Source of the DNA: Raja brachyura
Taxonomy: Eukaryota
DNA: 64,000 nt
Reading direction: 5' to 3'
NCBI GenBank assembly: GCA_963514005.1
Contig: OY740792.1
Location: forward strand, 36,022,001 to 36,086,000
Shown here: piece after piece, positions 38,106 to 51,716 of the stretch
How the letters are laid out: every line of letters begins with the position of its first letter
Position numbering within the stretch: the first letter of the stretch is position 1
The notes under the pieces: model-generated
What the model saw: the letters and a program-made list of their open reading frames with translations, nothing else
What the model was told of the DNA's origin: nothing
Database searches by the model: none
Position numbers and translations under genes: made by a program

Positions 38106-39052
38106 TCTTGCCAGCAATCAGCTGCCATTTAAACACTCCCTCACTCAAACCTTTTAAACAGTCTGAGGAAGGACCCTGACCCGAAACATCACCCATCCAT
38201 GTTCTCCAGAGATGCTGCTTGACCCGCTGAGTTACTCCAGCACTTTGTGTCTTTCATTTTAAACGTTAGTGTCGGCTATCCTTGTCCAGAGTGTAACGGT
38301 GTAAAATAGCCGGCTTGTTCCTGTTACGTGTTCGCCCCAGATGACTGAATGATTGATCATAAAATACAGCATAGAAACAGACCCTTCAGCCCACCGAGTC
38401 TGTGCTGACCATCGATAGCCTGTTCACAGTGGTTCTATGTTATCCCATGGATTAGACAAAAAGGGAGTTCTGCATCTCTAATAATGCAACACTTACTGAG
38501 AATTGATTTAAAGATTGGGCTGTAAACCAATAATCTTCTGGTTGCTGAGGCAAACAGAAGAAGAAACGATAAAGAAAACAAGGAGCTGTTGGAAGTGCCA
38601 CTGCAGATCAAAGTGCTGTAAACCTGTCTAAGCTCTGCATAATATACATGATGTAGATCTCAATTCAATGCATTGGACCATAACAAATTAGAACAACTTA
38701 GTAGTGCCTGGAGTGAAATTTGTCTTTGGAGCAGTGATGCACTGTAGAAAGCATTTTGTCGGATTGTATGACGGCTTGGTTTGGGAGCAGTACTGTCCAA
38801 GATTGCAAGAAATTGCAGAGATTTTAGTCCAGTCCATCACACAAACCAGGCTCCCCACCACTGACACTTCATACTGCCTCATAAAAGCAGCCAACATAAT
38901 TCAAGATTTATCCCACACTGGTCATATCTTCTTCTCCCTGCTCCCATCGAGCAGACAGTACAGAAGCTTGAAAGCGCGCACCACCAGACTCAAGAACAGC
39001 TGCTGCCCTTCTGTTATCAGGCATCTGAACAGTCCTTCCATAAGGTAGGGTA

Positions 39053-39270
39053 TGCCCCTGTCCCACTTAGGAAACCTGAACGGAAACCTCTGGTGACCTT
39101 GCGCCCCATCCAAGGTTTCCTTGAGGTTCCCGGAGGTTTTGGTCACTCTCTCTAATGGTCAAAAGTGGTTTCCGCGTAGTCGAGGCTTCTTCTATGTTCC
39201 TGCGATTATTTCAACAAAATCAAACGGTCTCGACTAAAAATAGGTTGCATGCCTAAGTGGGACAGGGGCA
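39053..39270. mobile_element. PIF/Harbinger-type MITE (218 bp)
   Basis: Perfect 19-bp TIR TGCCCCTGTCCCACTTAGG. 3-bp TSD GTA at 39050-52 and 39271-73. Confidence 0.85.
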
Positions 39271-39409
39271 GTACTATCCGATTCATCTCTACCATATTGC
39301 GAACATTGGATTTTGTCTCTGGAACTGAGGCGCTACAATGCTGAGAACTATATTCTGCACTCTATCGTCCCCTCTGCTCTACCTATTGTACTTGAGTTTG
39401 GCTTAATTT

Positions 39410-39765
39410 TATGGCACCCTTGGTTCCTAGCCTTGCCGGATTATCAATTTTTCAGGACCAACAGAGATCACTGAGAGGAGTCCAACGGTACCGGAATGGT
39501 CTGCCTCAGTTGACCGCGGAAATCAGCAATGGGACAGGATCTGCAGGCTCCAGCCGGGCAGGAGTTCCAGAGCCACGACCGCAGGAGGCAAATTCAACCA
39601 GCTGATCGGACGCGGATGTCCAGATGAGGTCGACCGCCTCACTTGGCCAATGTGCTACATTTTCGAGGGGACTTCTGGGGAGAATTTCAAGTGCGCTCCA
39701 ACAATTTTGTCCGGATTAAAGGAATTGCCGGATCCCCAGCTGCCGGAAAATCGGTGGTGGACCTG
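39410..39765. mobile_element. Tc1/mariner (Tigger/pogo-like) MITE remnant
   Basis: Right end GGAAAATCGGTGGTGGACCTG followed by TA. The same terminus occurs at about 15145-15165, and its reverse complement starts CAGGTCC. Confidence 0.5.
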
Positions 39766-40431
39766 TATATCTGATTTGATTGGATAGCATGCAAAACAAA
39801 GCTTTTCACTGTACCTCGGTACACATGGCAATAACATACCTAAACCTAACACAGATAGCACAGCACACAGTGGCGCAGCGATAGAGCTGCTGGCTCACAC
39901 CGTCAGGGACCCATGTTCGAACCTGACTATCAGTGCTGTCTGTACGGAGATTGGTCGTTCTCCATGTGAATGTGTGGGGTTTTTTTGGGTGCACTGGTTT
40001 CCTCTCTCATTTCAAATACGTGCAGGTTGAGGGTTAATTGGTTTCGGTAAAATTGTAAATTGTCCCCCATGTACATGATGGTGCTCGGGTATGGGGATCG
40101 TTGGTCGGCGTGGATTCAGTGGGCCAAATGTCCTGTTCCCTATATCTCTAATGTCTAAATCATTTACTGGAGGTGCATCATGCACAGATGTGACTTCAGA
40201 CCTTTGTCTCTGGTTGAGATAAGGCCCCATTTCAAAGGAGAGAGCTGACAAACAATGTGTAATTCAACCCACATCACACACCCACGTCCTTCATGCCGAT
40301 CATCTCAAGGTCAACAATGGAGGACGTGACTGGAACTTCAGAGACAGAAACATTCGGAGATGAAGTGGAAGTGAAAGATACAAGTCCCACACATTCTGCC
40401 CAACATCATTTTTATGGTTGTTTGTTCATAG

Positions 40432-41219
40432 AAATAAATAAATAAATAAAAATAGGTGCAGGAGTAGGCCATTCGGCCCTTCGAGCCTGCACCGCCATTC
40501 AATGTGATCATGGCTGATCATCCAACTCAGTATCCCGTACCTGCCTTCTCTCCATACCCCCTGATCCCTTTAGCCACAAGTGCCACATCTAACGCCCTCT
40601 TAAATATAGCCAATGAACTGACCTCAACTACCTTCTGTGGCAGAGAATTCCAGAGACTCACCACTCTCTGTGTAAAGAATGTTTTCCTCATCTCGGTCCT
40701 AAAGGAATTCCCCCTTATCCTTAGACTGTGGCCCCTTGTTCTGGACTCCCCCAACATCGGGAACAATCTTCCAGCATCTAGCTTGTCCAACCCCTTAAGA
40801 ATTTTGTAAGTTTCTATAAGATCCCCCCTCAATCTTCTAAATTCCAGCGAGTACAAGCCGAGTCTATCCAATCTTTCCTCATATGAAAGTCCTGACATCC
40901 CAGGAATCAGTCTGGTGAATCTTCTCTGTACTCTGCAAGGATGTCTTTCCTCAGATTTGGAGACCAAAACTGTACACAATACTCCAGGTGTGGCCTCACC
41001 AAAACCCTGCACAACTGCAGTAGAACCTCCCTGCTCCTATACTCAAATCCTTTCGCTATGAATGCTAACATACCATTTGCTTTCTTCACTGCCTGCTGCA
41101 CCTGCATGCCTACTTTCAATGACTGGTGTACCATGACACCCAGGTCTCGTTGCATCTCCCCTTTTCCTAATCTGCCACCATTCAGATAATAGTCTACCCT
41201 CATGTTTTTGCCACCAAAG
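40432..41219 (-). mobile_element. CR1-clade LINE (HER1-like) 3' fragment, young subfamily
   Basis: ORFs 40907-41203 and 40527-41012 (QRDLGV, VKKANGMLAFI, VRPHLEYCVQFWSP, LYSLEFRRLRGDLIETYKI, TRGHSL, FFTQRVV..WNSLP) plus the CR1 3' UTR and a microsatellite tail. Confidence 0.9.
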
Positions 41220-41220
41220 T

Positions 41221-41526
41221 GGGAAGGGGGGGGGAGGGGGGAGGGGGGGGGGGGGGAGGGAGAGGGGGGGAGGGAGAGGGGGGGAGGGAGAGGGGGGGAG
41301 GGAGAGGGGGGGGAGGGAGAGGGGGGGAGGGAGAGGGGGGGAGGGAGAGGGGGGGAGGGAGAGGGGGGGAGGGAGAGGGGGGAGGGAGAGGGGGGGAGGG
41401 AGAGGGGGGGAGGGAGAGGGGGGGAGGGAGAGGGGGGGAGGGAGAGGGGGGGGAGGGAGAAGGGGGGAGGGAGAAGGGGGGAGGGAGAAGGGGGGAGGGA
41501 GAAGGGGGGAGGGAGAAGGGGGGGAG
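41221..41526 (+). repeat. Pure polypurine minisatellite, unit of about 14 bp (GGGGGGAGGGAGAG)
   Basis: 306 bp containing only G and A, with tandem G3-G7 runs. Confidence 0.95.
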
Positions 41527-41889
41527 CGAGAGGAGTGGGGACACTTTTAAGAAATATAATAAAGTTTAACGGGCATTTTATCTACCGGTCGGTTTTCCCA
41601 GGTCCTGAAAACTCCAATGAGCCAATCAAAATGCCCAGTCAGCGAAGGAGATTGCCTATGGCTGCCCTCGACTGCCTGTAACTAAATAGCGACCCCACTC
41701 CACTGCACTACGAGTCAAAAAGAACCATGCCGAACAAATTGTACTGAAAATGTTTCGGCGACCCTTGAGCATGAAGGAGAGTTCCAGTGACCACATAGGA
41801 TCTCCCAGGGCCTCCTGTCGACCATGCTGTGAGTTTGGGTCGAGGGCAAACTCATCTAAACTCACAGTTGCCACAGTGGGACAGCCCCT
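41221..41889. mobile_element. Harbinger-like MITE, right portion, adjoining a G-rich minisatellite
   Basis: Right end AGTGGGACAGCCCCT followed by TTA resembles the TIRs at 19114 and 39053. No left TIR seen; it abuts the CR1 fragment. Confidence 0.5.
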
Positions 41890-44800
41890 TTAGTCTTGGC
41901 ATCATGTTCAGCACACACATAGTGGGCCGTAGGGCCAGTTCCTGTTAAGCAAACTGTTAAGCAAACTATGTTAAGCAAACTGACGAATTGAAGTTAAAGA
42001 CACCAAGCTGGGGAGTAACTCAATAGGTTAGGCAACATCTCTGGAGAATACAGATAGTCAATGTTTTGGGTCTGGCTTCAGACCCTTCTCCTTCAGTCTG
42101 ACCCAAAACATCACCTATCCATGTTCTCCAGAGATGCTGCCTAACCTGTAAAGTTCTTCCAGCACCTTGTGGGTATTTTTTTGTAATCCACCATCTGCAG
42201 TTCCTTGTTTCTCGAACAAACTGAAGTTGCTGGAACTCAGAAATAAAAGTAGAAATTGTTGGAAACTTTGCCAACTTTTATTGGTATTTATAAACTGCAA
42301 TTAAGCGGCCAGGCACTCTGAATAAATTGTGCTTTGGCTCCGCACAATTATGCAGTGAATGCACAGAGCGTCGGTAAAATTGGCCATCACACTTTTGAGA
42401 TGAGATGTTGCTATGATACCTTCACAGTATTAACACAGCTTGGGAATGGATTTTGCAGTTCAATGTTTCGTGTTTTCATGAAGGCATTTCTGCAAAATAA
42501 ATGGAGATACGAAGGACTGCAGATGCTAGAAATCTTGAGCAAAACTCAAAGTGCTGGAGGAAGTTTTACAAAGGAGATGAGGAGGAATTTCTTTGGCCAG
42601 AGTGTGTGAATCTGTGGACGGCTGTGGAGGCCAAGTCATTGGGTATTTTTAAAGCAGAGATTGACTGGTTCTTGATTAGTAATGGCGGCAAAAGTTAGAG
42701 GGAATGGGGTTGAGAGGGAAAGATGGATCATCCGTAATTGAATGGCGGAGACACGATGGGCCAAATGGCCTAATTCTGCTCGTATGATTTCTGAACTTAT
42801 GAATTCAGCGGGTCAGACAGCATCTGTGGAGGGGATGAACAGGCAACGTTGCGAATCAGGATTCAGATTCGAAGAATGGTCCTGACCCGCTAGGTCACCG
42901 GTCCGTTGCCTCCACAGATACTGCCTGACCCACTTCGTTCCTCCAACACTTTGTGATTTGACCTCTGAATAAATGCTTTGAACACCAGGACCACAATTCC
43001 AACTGTAACCACCTTTGATTTCAAATTTTCTTTAGGCAAAACATTTCTTCAGGCAAGGACCGAAAGTTAGATAATACTTACTGTACCTACAGTGTAGCTA
43101 AAAAAATGCTCACAAATATTCATGTGCACCATCTGGTAAAATGTTCCTTAGAAAACAGTGCACAAAAACAGTGCAGAAACCACAAAAAATATAGATGTTT
43201 TTATTGATTGCAATTAAAATAAATCACATTGAACGTGAAATCTTAGATTTTTAATGAATCAATTTGGATTTTATATGATGTATGATTTTAATCCATAATG
43301 TAAGTTTATTTTTCTAGGAACTGAGTTATTATTTCTGTTGATAAAGGTTAGTGAAAAGCATTGATCGTTATTGATGATAAGCTTTAGAATTCAATGAATA
43401 GAGCATCTAAGCACGTCTCATTTGCTGGCATTTAGCCCAAATCCCTCTAAACCTGTTCTATCCATGTTCCTATCCAAGTATCTTTTAAATATTGTTTATA
43501 GTACCCGCCTCAACTACCTCCTCTGGCATCTCATTCCATATATCCATCACCCTCTGTGTGGAAAGATTACCCCTGAGCTTCCTTTTAAATCTTTCCCCGC
43601 GCACCATAAACCTATGTCCTCTGGTTCTTGATTCCTCTACCCTGGGTAAAAGATTGTGCATTCACCCTATCGATTCCCCTCATGATTTTGTACACCACTA
43701 AAGTTCACTGCTCAGCCTCTTGCGCTCCAAGGAATAGAGTCCTTGCCTGCCCAAACTTTCTTTGTAGCTCAGGCCCTCAAGTCCTGGCAACATCACTGTA
43801 AATCTTCTCTGCGCCCTTTACCGGTTAACTGCATGCTTTGAAATACACCCACCTTCAACAGAATGAGTGAACAGTGATGCTATTTCTGTTACCACCAACT
43901 AAGAGAGAACAGTCATTGCATTGCAGAGGAAAAAAAATGCTACTGAGAAGCGTTGTCCAATGGTTCTTCATTATCTGCTTATTGCCACAATATTTCCTAC
44001 ACGAACCAAGTGGCTGGGGAGTTGGCAGGTGTATTTTTGATTGCAAAATTTCAATTTGGGGATGAGTTATTTCAGCACAAGTCGTGGACTTTTATTAAAC
44101 CTGCAAAATGACAGCTTTAATATTACATTAACCTTTAGCTGCCACTAGGTCTTGTTCTTTTGTAGTCGATGTCCAAGTACCGAGAGGGAAAAGGTCACAG
44201 TAAGTCAGGAATTACTGACACAATCAACAAGGCTACAACCCAAGGTAGGAAGGGTAAATTTCACACCGCACGTTCTATATTCTCACCGAAAAAGAGAGGG
44301 TTAGTACACCACACTGCAACAAGAGTTATGGAATCATGAATCACTAGTTTACCAGGGTGTTGTCAGGACTCAAGTATAGAAGTTGAGAAGTCATGTTACA
44401 GTTGTACAAATGTATATTTAGTATTGTGTTCAGTTTTGGTCACCATGTTATAGGTGGAATGGGTGCAGAGAAGATTTACCAGGATGTTTCCAGGACTTGA
44501 AGGTCGAAGCTATAGGGAGAGGTTGAGCAGGCTAGGACTTTATTCCTTGGCGCGCAGGAAGCTGAGGAGTGATCCTATAGAGATCTTATCGAGACGCATC
44601 TACAATGATCTGTCCTGGGCCAAGCACATTGATGCGATCATGAAGAAAGCTCACCAATGTCGCGACTTCCTCAGAGGTTTGTGGAGATTTGGCATGTCTT
44701 TCAAACTTCTGCAAGGGCAGCATACTGACTGGTTGCATCACCAAGTTAAGCAACGAAGGAGGTTGCAGAAAGTGCTCACCATTGCCCGGTCCACCACGGG

Positions 44801-47800
44801 TACCATCAAAGACTATTTTCCAAATGGGGAGAGAATTCAGAAATCGGTGACTTGGAAATGCAGGTGCAGGATTCCCAATAAGTTAATTTGCAAGTCGAAT
44901 CGGTAGTAAGGAAGGCAAATGCAATGCTTGCACTTATTTCAAGAACTAGAATGCGGGAGTTACGGGGAGGAGGCAGGAGAATGGGCTTGAGAGAAAATGA
45001 TAGATCAGCCATGATTGCAAGGCGGAGTAGACTGGATGGGCCGAATGGCCTAATTCTGCTCCTATAACTTATTTAACTTATGAAGGGATCTGCAGCAAAT
45101 GCTGCCTCAAGATGGCAGCTGATAGCAAGGACTCACACCACCATGACCATCCTCTCTGCTTGCTGCTACCATCAGGAAGAACGTACAGGAGCCCGAGAAC
45201 CATGGCCATCAGGTTCAAGAACAGCATCAACCTTAGGTCCTTGAACCACCCTACACAATCCAAACCCAACACCAAACACAAATAACTTTGCACTACAATT
45301 GTTACTCTATATACTTTGATCTTTGAACTTTCATGATCTAGTTTACTTTGAAAAACTGACCATTTATTGCACATTTACCGTTGCTGTTGTTACATCGAAT
45401 GTGCTTGTGAAGCTGCAGCAAGTAAGGATGTCATTGCTCTGCTTCACATCCGGCCGGTGTATATATGACAACGATAAGCTCTCTTGACCGTCTTCCCAGC
45501 TGCTGCCAGTTGTTGCTCACCATAGCAACCAGCTGACTGGATTTCATGCAACCAGCATTTGACTAATTCCGATTACCACGGCAAAAGCCATCTGTGTTAT
45601 TTATCATTCCTAACCCGATCGTGAGAAAGTGTAGATCACCCAGTGCTCTGACCAAGAGCAGCAGTTTAACTATATGAGCCCCACACTGTCAATATTGTTC
45701 ATATAAAGTAGTCAAGAAATCACAACCGAGGAGATCTACAGGAGTTGCTGCCTCAAAAGGAGGGTTACGGGGGGCCACACTCTCATTTCACCCCTGCCAT
45801 CGGGAAGAAGGTAGAGGAGCCTGAAAACTGAAACGTCCAGATTCAGGGACAGCTTGTAATAAAAAGGAACTGCAGATGTTGGTTTATGCCAAAGATAGAT
45901 ACAAAGTACTGGAGTAACTCAGTGGGTCAGGCAGCATCGCTGGAGGATGTGGATAGGCTGGGGCCCTTTGAAAGAATAGTTATCCTATCCGTTTTCTCCA
46001 AAGATGCTGCCTGACCCACTGCGTTACTCCAGTATTTTGTGTCTATCTTCAAGAACAGCTTCTTTTCTACAACCATCAGGCTATTAAACACTACAATCTC
46101 CAAATAGGCTCAGAACTATGTAAACTTGGGAGTATTGTTTTTGTCTTTGCACTATTATTGCTTGTTTCTTTTTTGTTGCTTGTGTTCACAGAGTACTATG
46201 TTTACATGTGTAGGATGGAACTGCAGTTGCCTGTTTACACCAAAGATAGACACAAAATGCTGGAGTAACAGCGGGACAGGCAGCATCTCTGGTTAGAAGG
46301 AATGGGTGACGTTTCGGGCCGATAGCCTTCTTCAGATTCAGCCCGGAATGTCACCCATTCCTTCTCTCCAGAGATGCTGCCTCTCTCGCTGAGTAACTCC
46401 AGCATTTTGTGCCCATCTACTGTGTTTACGTATCTGTTGTGCGGCACAATGGCGCAGCAGTAGAGTTGCTGCCTTACAGCACCAGAGACCCAGGTTCGAT
46501 CCTGCCCGTTCACCCTGTGACCTTGTGGGGTTCCTCCCCCATCCTAAAGGAGTGTGGGTTTGTAAGTTAATTGGCTTCTGTAAATGGTCCTGAGTGTGTA
46601 GGAGAGGGTGCAGAGGAGAATAACAAAACGGGTGGTACAATAGTACCGTGGTCGAGTAGTTGCCTTACAGCTCCAGAGCTGCAGGTTCAATCAAGACTAC
46701 GGATATTGTCTGTGCGGAGTTTGTATGTTCTCCTTGACTGTGTGGGTTTTCTCCGGATACTCTGGTTTCCTCCCACACTCCAAAGATGTGCAGGTCTGCA
46801 GGTTAATTGGCTTCTGTAAATTGTCCCTAGTGTGTAGGGCTAGTGTACGGGGCAACTGCCAGCCGGCGCGGACTCGGTGGACCGGTTTCCGCGCTGTATC
46901 TCTAATGTCTGAAGTAAAGTCTAACCTGAATGCTGCCTGGGTTAGCTACAGGATTGGTTTCTCTGGAGTGTGGGAGGTTGAGGGGAGAACTGATAGAAGT
47001 GTATAAAATGATGAGAGGCATAGATAAAGGCAGATAGTCAAAGCTTTTTTACCAGGGTAGAAATTTCAAAGACGAGAGGGCATAGCTTTAAGATAAGAGG
47101 GGCAAAGTTTAAAGGAGGTGTGTGGGCAATTACTTTTTTTTATATACAGAGAGTGGTGGGTGCGTGGAACGTGCCTCCAGGGATGGTGGTGGTGGCAGAT
47201 ACAATAGTGGTGTTTAGGAGACTTTTGGATAGGCACATGGATATGCAGGGAATGGGGAGGTATGGAACATGTGCAGGAGAGATTGTTTAACAAGACATCA
47301 TGTTGAGTACAGGCATTGCGGGCCGAAGGGCCAGTTCATGTGTCGTACTGTTCTATAGTATTGCAATAAAGGAATTCCTAATATCAGTGTAATGGTCAGA
47401 ATCTGAGTGGATCAGTTATCACTAAATTATCTTTATTTTAACAGAAGCAGCCACAGGAGGGGTTTAGAACATAGAAACATAGAAATTAGGTGCAGGAGTA
47501 GGCCATTCGGCCCTTCGAGCCTGCACCGCCATTCAATATGATCATGGCTGATCATCCAACTCAGTATCCCGTACCTGCCTTCTCTCCATACCCTCTGATC
47601 CCCTTAGCCACAAGGGCCACATCTAACTCCCTCTTAAAAATAGCATTTTACACACGCGAGGTTACTTCGATCAGTTTTATATTTTTGCAGGATCAAGTGG
47701 TAATGAAGTGTAAATATCATAAAATCTACACATTCAGTTGTTAAGTAATCTGATATGTAATTATACATAAATGGCATGCTATGCAAATTTATCCCCCAAA

Positions 47801-49097
47801 TTTTACATATCCTAATCATTTACCATTATACAATTGAGCAAAGATGATGATTACTTAAATTAATATATGTCATAATAGCAATTTGCATTTATAGTGTTTT
47901 AACTTAGTTAAATACCCCCAAAATCTTTCATAAGCCACAAATGACAACTGTTGGAGGAATGTTAGATTGATCGCAAGATACAGCATGGAAACCGGCACTT
48001 CAGCCCACGCTAACCATCGATCACCTATTCACACTAATTCTGTTATCCCACTTTCTCATCCACTCCCTACGTGCAAGGGACAATTTACAGAGACCAATTA
48101 ATCTACAAACTCACAGGTCTTTGGGATAAGGGAGGAATCTGGAGCACCCGGAGGAAACCCACAAGGTCACAGAGAGAACATGCAAACTCCACACAGTTAG
48201 CACCTGAGGTCAGGATCGAACCTGGGTCTCCAGCGCTGAGGCAGCAGTTCTACCACAGACACAAAATGCTGGAGTAACTCAGCGGGATAGGCAGCATCTC
48301 TGGAGAGAAGGAATGGGTGACTTTTCGGCTCGAGACCCTACTCCAGAGGTGCTGCCTGTTCCGTTGAGTTACTCCAGCATTTTATGTCTATCTTCGGTTT
48401 AAACTAGCGTCTGCAGTTATTTCCTACACAGTTCTACCACAATATACAAACTGCTTATTTTTAATTCTCACAGCAAAGACCAAAGCCCTAAGGACATCAC
48501 CATTCATAATGTTCCAGGCCCCACCAATGGATCCCAACCCGAAACGTCACCTATTCCATGTTCTCCAGTGACGTTGCCTAACCCGCTAAGTTACTCCAGC
48601 ACTTTGCGTCTGTTGTTGTGAACCAGCAACTGCAATTCCTTGTGTCAACAGTGCACGAGTTGTTCTACACGTCTTCTTGCACTGTACACTGTGCCATCAA
48701 ATAGCCAATGTAAATGATGTTGAACCCAATATATTTTACTACTGTGTCAATAGATCAGTGTACAACTCTAAATACTCCCTTGGGATATGATCCAAATTCA
48801 TAAAAGGCAAAATCTATAACATTATTTTCATACATTGTCACAATGTAGTGGATATAATAAAGACAATTGCATAGAAACATAGAAAATAGCTGCAGGAGTA
48901 GGCCATTCGTCCCTTCGAGCCTGCACCGCCACTCAATATGATCATGGCTGATCATCCAACTCAGTATCCCGTACCTGCCTTCTCTCCATACCCCCTGATC
49001 CCCTTATCCACAAGGACCACATCTAACTCCCACTTAAATATAGCCAATGAACTGGCCTCAACTACCTCCTGTGCTAGAGAATTCCAGAGAATACGTA

Positions 49098-49391
49098 TTA
49101 GTTTAGAGATACAACATGCAAACAGGCCCTTCCGCCCACTGAGTCAGTGCTGACCATCGATCACCAGTACACTAGTTCTATCCTACACACTAGGGGCAAT
49201 TTACAGAAACCAATTGACCTACAAACCTGCACGTCTTTGAGATGTAGGAGGAAACCGGAGAACCCGGAGTAAACCCACGCGGTCACAGGGAGAAGGTGCA
49301 AACTCCACACACAGACAGCACCTGAGGTCAAGATGGAACTCGGGTCTCTGGCTTTGTGAGGGAGTGGCTCTACCCGCTGCGCCACTGTGCC
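49098..49391 (-). mobile_element. HE1-like V-SINE (representative full-length copy)
   Basis: tRNA-like head with A box (TGGCGCAGCGG) and B-box region, V-domain (GTGGGTTT.CTCCGGGT.CTCCGGTTTCCTCC), CR1-like tail (GAAGGGCCTGTTT...GTATCTCTAAACTAA). More than 20 copies in the window, e.g. about 3400-3612, 9963-10395, 12900-13212, 16760-17025, 26130-26410, 31970-32280, 33065-33360, 39865-40160, 46440-46915, 58235-58575, 62045-62325, 62895-63185, 63575-63850. Confidence 0.85.
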
Positions 49392-50875
49392 TTTACTCCA
49401 ACACCAAGATCCACAAACATGTAATGCTTACAACACTGATATCATCACATCCTCTGACTATCTGAATCATTCACATGTGAATGTATAAGTAACCCAGACA
49501 CTCACAGCATGAAAATCAAGTTATAAACATATCTAAAAATATCTGATGTAACCAGAAAGAGAGGCTTATGCGCAAGCCAGAAATAGTTGTACCTTACACA
49601 TAGGGACGCAGATTATTGCACTGGTTTCTGGACATTTCCGGTCCAGCAGTCCAAATTTCTCAAGATGACGCCACGCGCAGCAGCCTCGCCAGCAGCTCGT
49701 GTGTTTCTTTGGACTTGTTGTTTTCAGCATGTCTGAATGTATGTCTCCCTGTGTGCCTTGTGTGGGGGGTGCGGGGGGGGAATAGGAGAAACCGTTTCCA
49801 GTTACTTACCTCGATGGAGATGTGACCTTTAGCCCTCTCGCGGCCTAACGACTGGATTGGTGCAGCCTTTCCGACCGGACACCGGCCCAGAACCCAGAGC
49901 TGTGAGCCTTTGCCGGGGGTCGCCAGTGTTGGAGCTCCGGGGGCCTGCTGACTTTACCATCGTGGAGCTCGGTCTGTGGAGCTTCTAGCCGCAGGCGCTG
50001 CGCGGACTTGGAGCATCACGGAGCTTTGCCAAGGATCACCAGAAGAAGTGCTTCGACCACGGGGCCTGTGGCCTTGGCATCATGAAGCCGCAGTCTCCAA
50101 TAGGAAGGGAACGGTTTGGGAATTCCACGCCGCGGAGTGTTCTGATCCGTCCCGACGTGGGAGTTTCGATCACCCCAGTGAGAGGGTCTGTACATCGGGC
50201 CATCTGTAGCAGCAACTGCGGAAGGTTCAAGGCCCCGACCACGGGTGAATGGAGGAGGAAGATTGACTGGACGTTTGTGCCTTCCACCACAGCAGGAGGT
50301 GCTGGTTCCTCTGTGGTGGATGTTTTTTTTTAATGTTGAATTCTGCTATGAATTCTGTTCTTTCTTGCTTGGAGAAGACTGCTCATCCGCCTAGCTTACT
50401 TGTGAGTGAAACTGCATCATGACGAATGGCTAATACAGCACCAGGACATCATGAAGCAGATGGCACCAATCAAGCCCGAGTTGGAGTGAACGCCATAGAT
50501 AGATTGATAGAACACAGGAACAGGCCCTTCAGCCCACAATATCCATGCCCAACATGAAGACAAGATAAACTAATCCCCCCTTTCCCGACTCTCAGTCTGA
50601 AGAAGGGTCTCGACCCGATACATCACCTATTCCTTTTCTCCAGAGATGCTGTCTGACCCACTGAATTACTCCAGCTTTTTGTGTCTATCTATCTTTGGTT
50701 TAAACCAGCATCTGCAATTTCTTCCAACACTCCTCTGCCTGCACCTGATCCATATGCCTGCATCCCCTACATATCCACGTGCCTCTCTAAAAGCTTTGTA
50801 AATGCCACATATCTGGGGGAGTTAAATAAAAATTGAGATACAACATTAATACGTCGGGTTGTAAGCTGTCCAAGA

Positions 50876-51716
50876 AGGGAGTTTGTCGAGTGCCTCCGAG
50901 ATGGGTTCTTAGAGCAGCTTGTACTGGAGCCTACCAGAGAGAAGGTAATTCTGGATTTGGTGTTGTCTAATGAACCAGATTTATTATTTACTCAATGTAA
51001 AGGAACCGCTAGGAGGTAGTGACCATAATATAATAAGTTTTAATCTGCAATTTGAGAGGGAGAAGGTTAAATGAGAAGTGTCAGTGTTGCAGTCGAACAA
51101 AGGGGACTATGAAGGCATGAGAGAGGAGCTGGCCAAGGTCACGAGCAGGAATGACGGTGGAACACCAATGGCAGGAATGTCTGGGAATAATCCAGAAGAA
51201 ATGCAGGATCATTTCATTCCAAAGAGGAAGAAAGATTCTACGGGGAGCAAGAGGCAACCATGGCTGACAAGGGAAGTTAGGGATGGAATAAAACTAAAAG
51301 AAAAGGTGTATAACATAGCAAAGAGTAGCGGAAAGCCAGAGGATTGGGAAACTTTCAAAGGACAACAGAATGTAACAAAAAGGGCAATATTGGGTGAAAA
51401 CATGATGTACGAGGGTAAGTTGGCCAAGAATATAAAGAAGGATAGTAAAAGCTTTTATATCTTAAGAGAGAAAGATTAGTAAATGTGGGTCCCTTGAAGG
51501 CAGAAACAGGTGAAATTATTATGGGGAACAAGGAAATGGCAGAAAGGTTGGACAGGTACTTTGGTTCTCTCTTCACTAAGGAAGACACAAACAATCTCCC
51601 AGGTATACTAGAGGACAGAGGATCCAGGGAGACAGAAGAACGGAAAGAAATTTACATTAGGCGAGAAATATTATTGGGTAGACTGATGGGACTGAAGGCT
51701 AATAATTCCCCAGGGC
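50876..51716 (+). mobile_element. CR1 LINE ORF2 internal fragment (endonuclease end and linker)
   Basis: Reads EPTREKVILDLVLSN, LGGSDH, QPWLTREV, MAERLDRYFGSLFTKED, LKANNSPGP; degenerate, with frameshifts. Confidence 0.82.

Noticed and set aside
41200-41681. Pro-rich and Gly/Glu/Arg-rich ORFs of 114-159 aa
   Set aside because: They are translations of the polypurine minisatellite.
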